A stretch of DNA of 64,000 bases from Paracoccaceae bacterium (GTDB lineage: Bacteria; Pseudomonadota; Alphaproteobacteria; Rhodobacterales; Rhodobacteraceae). Below, piece by piece: positions 60,283-64,000 of this stretch. A program made the translations under genes and the position numbers. Position 1 is the stretch's first letter; each line of letters starts with the position of its first letter. The notes below the pieces were generated by a model. It had not been told where the DNA came from and did no database searches. It saw nothing but the letters and a program-made list of their open reading frames with translations. The DNA lies in NCBI GenBank assembly GCA_009773375.1, contig WRPH01000002.1, forward strand, positions 34,640 to 98,639. Direction: 5' to 3'.

Positions 60283-61035
60283 TTAAATGATGCGGAAATT
60301 CTCGCCCAGATAAACACGCCGCACCATTTCATCCTGCACGATTTCGTCGGTGGTGCCGGTTTTCAGCACCACGCCATCGTGGAGGATATAAGCGCGATCC
60401 ACGATCTCTAGTGTTTCGCGCACGTTATGGTCGGTGATCAGCACACCGATGCCGCGCGATTTCAGATCGTGGACAAGGTGGCGGATTTCCCCCACCGCGA
60501 TCGGGTCCACCCCGGCGAAGGGTTCGTCCAGCAGCAGATATTTCGGATCGGCGGCCAGACAGCGGGCGATTTCGACTCGGCGCCGTTCGCCACCCGACAG
60601 CGCCAGTGCGGGCGCGCGGCGCAGGTGGGTGATGGAAAATTCCGACAGCAGCTCTTCCAGCCGCTCACGCCGCTTGTGGTGATCGGGTTCGCGGATTTCC
60701 AGCACGGCAAGGATGTTGTCTTCCACCGACAGGCCGCGAAAGATCGACACCTCTTGCGGCAGATAGCCGATGCCCAGCCGGGCGCGGCGATACATCGGCA
60801 GCGCGGTCACATCGCGGCCGTCAATCATCACCTGTCCGCTTTCCGGCGTCACCAGCCCGGCGATGGTGTAAAACATCGTGGTCTTGCCACAACCGTTCGG
60901 CCCCAGCAGTGCCACGACCTCGCCCCTGTTCAGGTGCAGCGACACATCGCGGATCACCGGCCGGCGCTTGTAGCTTTTGCGGATATGCCGGATCGACAGG
61001 CCCGCATCGCCATCGGTGACGGTCAGATCGGGCAT
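60283..61035 (-). CDS. lptB: LPS export ABC ATPase LptB
   Basis: LGPNGCGKT, GYLPQE.SIF, LSGGERRRVEIAR, LDEPFAGVDP, ITDHNVRETL. Confidence 0.96.
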   Translation of the reverse strand: MPDLTVTDGDAGLSIRHIRKSYKRRPVIRDVSLHLNRGEVVALLGPNGCGKTTMFYTIAGLVTPESGQVMIDGRDVTALPMYRRARLGIGYLPQEVSIFRGLSVEDNILAVLEIREPDHHKRRERLEELLSEFSITHLRRAPALALSGGERRRVEIARCLAADPKYLLLDEPFAGVDPIAVGEIRHLVHDLKSRGIGVLITDHNVRETLEIVDRAYILHDGVVLKTGTTDEIVQDEMVRRVYLGENFRII

Positions 61036-61526
61036 CAGTTCTTCCCCGGCGTGAAAGTGGTTTTCACCCGACCTTCCATCCGGCCGGTGCCGGTTTTCAG
61101 ATCTATCACCAGCTTTTGCGCCGACATCGCCGCCGCACCTTGGGTCAGCAGCACGTTGCCGGTCATCACCACCTCGCCCGTCGCAATGGTATAGATCGCC
61201 TGATCAGCTTGCGCCGCATCGGTGGCATTGACCAACAGCACGTTGCCGGTGGCGTAAAGCTTGTCGATGCTGGATTTATCCGCGCCATATTCCACCCGCA
61301 CCTCGGCGGCGGAGAGCTTCATTACGCCCTGCGACACCACGACATTGCCGGAAAACACCGCTTGCCCGTCAGCCTGACTGACCGTCAGCGTATCGGCGTT
61401 CATTTCAATCTCGGCGGTCGGGTCGCCCTTCAGGCCACCAAAGGCAACATCGGAATTCTGGGCCACGGCGGCTTGTGCCAAGGCCAGAACCAGCAAGGCG
61501 GAATGGGCAATATTACGCAATATCAT
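61035..61526 (-). CDS. lptA: LPS transport periplasmic protein LptA (OstA-like)
   Basis: Signal peptide, F.GNVVVSQG, ATGNV, GNVLLTQG, GRV; synteny. Confidence 0.88.
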   Translation of the reverse strand: MILRNIAHSALLVLALAQAAVAQNSDVAFGGLKGDPTAEIEMNADTLTVSQADGQAVFSGNVVVSQGVMKLSAAEVRVEYGADKSSIDKLYATGNVLLVNATDAAQADQAIYTIATGEVVMTGNVLLTQGAAAMSAQKLVIDLKTGTGRMEGRVKTTFTPGKN

Positions 61527-61538
61527 CAGGAAATCCTG

Positions 61539-62141
61539 TCATCTCTGCGGTTGGTATAGCAGCCGCACCTTGCCGTTGAAAACCAGAAGATAAGGGCCGG
61601 CATCGCCCTGTTGCGAAAGCAGCATATGGTCGGCGGTCAACTGCCCCACCGGGCCTTGCGCGCTGACCGCGCCGCGGCTTTCGATATAGGTGCGGTCGGT
61701 CGCCACGCCCAGCCCCTGCGCCTGCACCACATAGCCGTTGGAGGCGCGCAGCTCGGCGCCATCCGTCAGCTCGATCATCTTTGCCGCGGTATCCAGCGCC
61801 ACCGCCGTTGCCGCCAGTTCGGTCGTTACCCCGTCGGGAGTCTCCAGCGCGCCGACCACCAGTTTCAGACTGCCACCATTCGCTGCGGGCCGCGCCTCGG
61901 CTGCGGAAAATGTCAGCGAGGCACCGTCCTTGGTCACGCCGGCAAAGCCTGCGCTGGTCATCTTCGGGTCGCGCAGGCGGTCTTCTACATCAACCGTGGC
62001 ATAGGGGATCGCGTCTTCGGGGTCGATCTTGCGTGAAAACAGGAACAGCGTGGATAGCAGCGCCAGTGCAATCAGTGGCAGCGCAACCTTCAGGATCGCC
62101 ACCAGCCGCGAGTGCAGATTGTCGCGCGGCGGTTTCGCCAT
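61539..62141 (-). CDS. lptC: LPS export protein LptC
   Basis: N-terminal TM (LKVALPLIAL), beta-jellyroll-like body; between kdsD and lptA. Confidence 0.82.
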   Translation of the reverse strand: MAKPPRDNLHSRLVAILKVALPLIALALLSTLFLFSRKIDPEDAIPYATVDVEDRLRDPKMTSAGFAGVTKDGASLTFSAAEARPAANGGSLKLVVGALETPDGVTTELAATAVALDTAAKMIELTDGAELRASNGYVVQAQGLGVATDRTYIESRGAVSAQGPVGQLTADHMLLSQQGDAGPYLLVFNGKVRLLYQPQR

Positions 62142-63133
62142 CAGACCACGCCCGCGCGCAAACAGTCGTGGATATGCACGATGCCAAGCGCCTGACCGGG
62201 GGCTTCGGGGGCGACGACGAACAGGCAGGTGATCATGCGGTCGTTCATCAGGTTGACGGCGGTTTCGGCCAGCGCCTCGGGGGCGACGGTGCGCGGGTTG
62301 CGCGTCATCACAGCGCCTGCGGTCAGCGACAGCAGCCCGTCCATATGCCGCCGCAAGTCGCCATCGGTGATGATGCCCGCCAGCGCGCCCGCCTCGGTGA
62401 CGCCGACCACGCCAAAGCCCTTCTGGCTGATCGCCAGCAGCGCTTCGGACATCGGGCGGTCGGCTTCGATCAGCGGCAGATCGGCGTGCATCAGGTCACG
62501 CACCCGCAGCAGTTTTGCGCCCAGCTTGCCGCCGGGATGAAAGACGCGGAAATGTTCGGGGGTGAAGGCGCGGTGTTCCATCAGGGCAATCGCCAAGGCA
62601 TCGCCCAGCGCCAGCGTCATCGTGGTGGAGGTGGTCGGCACGATCCCGGTTTCACAGGCCTCGGGGGCTTGCGGCAACAAGATCGCCACATCGGATTGCC
62701 GCAGCAGCGTGCTGCCCGCGCGCGCCGCCACCCCGATCAGCGGGATGCCAAAGCGGCGGGTGTGGGCGATGATATCGGCCAGTTCTGACGTTTCGCCGGA
62801 ATTGGACAGCACCAGCACCACATCGCCCTGCATCACCATGCCCAGATCGCCATGGCTGGCCTCGGCGGGATGCACGAATTGCGCCGGGGTGCCGGTGCTG
62901 GCGAAGGTCGCGGCGATCTTGCGGGCGATATGGCCGGATTTGCCCATGCCCGACACGATCACCCGGCCCGTCGCCGCCATGATCATCTCAACCGCTTGGC
63001 CGAACGAGCCGTTCAGCTCATCGGCCAGAATATCCAAAGCCTCTGACTCGCGCCGGATCACCCGGCGACCGGTAGCGAGGAAATCGGTGCCCGATGGCTT
63101 GGTGCCCGATGGCTTAGTGGTGGAACAGGTCAT
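62141..63133 (-). CDS. kdsD: Arabinose-5-phosphate isomerase (KpsF/GutQ), SIS plus CBS
   Basis: GMGKSGHIA.KIAAT.ASTG, HPAEASHGDLG, SNSGET, PTTSTT, FHPGG.LG, TDGDLRR. Confidence 0.94.
   Translation of the reverse strand: MTCSTTKPSGTKPSGTDFLATGRRVIRRESEALDILADELNGSFGQAVEMIMAATGRVIVSGMGKSGHIARKIAATFASTGTPAQFVHPAEASHGDLGMVMQGDVVLVLSNSGETSELADIIAHTRRFGIPLIGVAARAGSTLLRQSDVAILLPQAPEACETGIVPTTSTTMTLALGDALAIALMEHRAFTPEHFRVFHPGGKLGAKLLRVRDLMHADLPLIEADRPMSEALLAISQKGFGVVGVTEAGALAGIITDGDLRRHMDGLLSLTAGAVMTRNPRTVAPEALAETAVNLMNDRMITCLFVVAPEAPGQALGIVHIHDCLRAGVV
63086..63115. repeat. Perfect 15-bp tandem duplication in the 5' end of kdsD
   Basis: GGTGCCCGATGGCTT x2, encoding repeated KPSGT in TKPSGTKPSGT. 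Confidence 0.9.
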
Positions 63134-63728
63134 TCGGCTCGTCCCATCCCAGAAGATCCAACTCGGCGCGGGTGGGCAGGAAATCAAAGCAGCGCTGCGC
63201 CAGATCCATCCGGTCTTCGCGCAGCAGCGCCGTTTCCAGCGCGGCTTTCAGTTTGTGCAGATACAGAACGTCCGACGCCGCATATTCCTTTTGCGCATCC
63301 GACAGCGTCACCGACCCCCAATCCGAGGTTTGCTGCTGCTTGGACACATCGACGCCGACCAGTTCATTCAGCAGGTATTTCAGCCCGTGCCGGTCGGTAA
63401 AGGTGCGCACCAGCTTGGCGGCGACCTTGGTGCACCAGACAGGCGCGGTGGTGACACCAAACGCCTGCTTCATCGCGGCAATGTCAAAGCGGCCAAAGTG
63501 GAACAGCTTGATCACGCCCGGATCGGTCAGCAACCGTTCCAGATTGGGGGCGGATTTCTGCCCGCGCGCGATCTGCACCAGATGTGCATTGCCATCGCCC
63601 GACGACAGCTGCACCAGACATAGCCGGTCCCGCATCGGGTTCAGGCCCATCGTCTCGGTATCAATGGCCACGACCGGGCCAAGGTTCAGCCCGTCGGGCA
63701 GGTCGTTCTGGTATAGGTGAATGGCCAA
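63114..63728 (-). CDS. rnd: Ribonuclease D-like 3'-5' exonuclease (short form)
   Basis: VAIDTETMGL, RLCLVQLS, KLFHFGRFD, RTFTDRHGLK, SKQQQTSDWG, YAASDV; TTG start after AAGGA. Confidence 0.9.
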   Translation of the reverse strand: MAIHLYQNDLPDGLNLGPVVAIDTETMGLNPMRDRLCLVQLSSGDGNAHLVQIARGQKSAPNLERLLTDPGVIKLFHFGRFDIAAMKQAFGVTTAPVWCTKVAAKLVRTFTDRHGLKYLLNELVGVDVSKQQQTSDWGSVTLSDAQKEYAASDVLYLHKLKAALETALLREDRMDLAQRCFDFLPTRAELDLLGWDEPNDLFHH

Positions 63729-64000
63729 GGCGCGTTCCTTACAGGGTTTGCGACAGCAAATGGGGTTGAGACGCAATTAGACCCGTGGCGGCAAAGGGTC
63801 AACGCAACAAGGGCCGGAAAAGCAAAAGACCGCCCGAAGCCGGCCTGTTGCGATGGGGTGGTTCGATGTTCAAATCCGCAACCTGTCGCCCGGATTGACC
63901 ACCGGTCTGTCGGGCTTTGCAGCCGGGATCTTACCGAGATGCACCTTAGGCGAGAGTGCGCCTATGGCTGTGCCCTTCCAGATGAAGGTTAGTCGTTCAG

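Noticed and set aside
63870-64000. Open minus-strand frame (ERLTFIWKG...RLRI*) followed by a terminator-like hairpin near 63823-63845
   Set aside because: Only 42 codons visible, no recognisable family, and it overlaps a strongly structured region; cannot be supported without flanking sequence.

Overview
GC-rich chromosomal segment of a Rhodobacteraceae-type alphaproteobacterium that appears to span the replication origin region. It is mostly core genome: mnmE, rho and hemJ, then an AT-rich DnaA-box intergenic region (candidate oriC), then maf-aroE-coaE-dnaQ, secB/fxsA/tim44-mltA-smr, tRNA-Thr(CGT)-orf52/hemY-mic60-hemD, tsaD-gpsA-yciI-EVE, ahcY, hvrA-regA-senC/regB, a divL-like gene followed by tsaE-amgK-murU-addB-addA-trxA, hslVU, dnaKJ, a polysaccharide export/sulfation cluster, and rnd-kdsD-lptCAB-hpf-ptsN. 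Two canonical parS palindromes lie inside coding genes. The most system-like accessory element is a four-gene DNA-repair block beside tRNA-Thr. Its right arm is a LexA-box-controlled radical SAM-HhH gene coupled to a DUF4130-UdgX fusion. Its left arm is an RpoH-type-promoter-driven DUF2256 plus FeS-BCP (CryB/PhrB) photolyase operon. The radical SAM protein and the photolyase both end in QLxL clamp-binding-like tails. Other oddities are a CtrA-box-preceded divL-like PAS gene broken by a one-base shift in a G tract, several unexplained structured intergenic elements (one 6S-RNA-like), an orphan KpsS/KpsC-like gene, and a CtrA-like box isolated between two terminators. No CRISPR array, integrase or transposase was seen. 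All assignments come from motif recognition by eye; no database searches were run.
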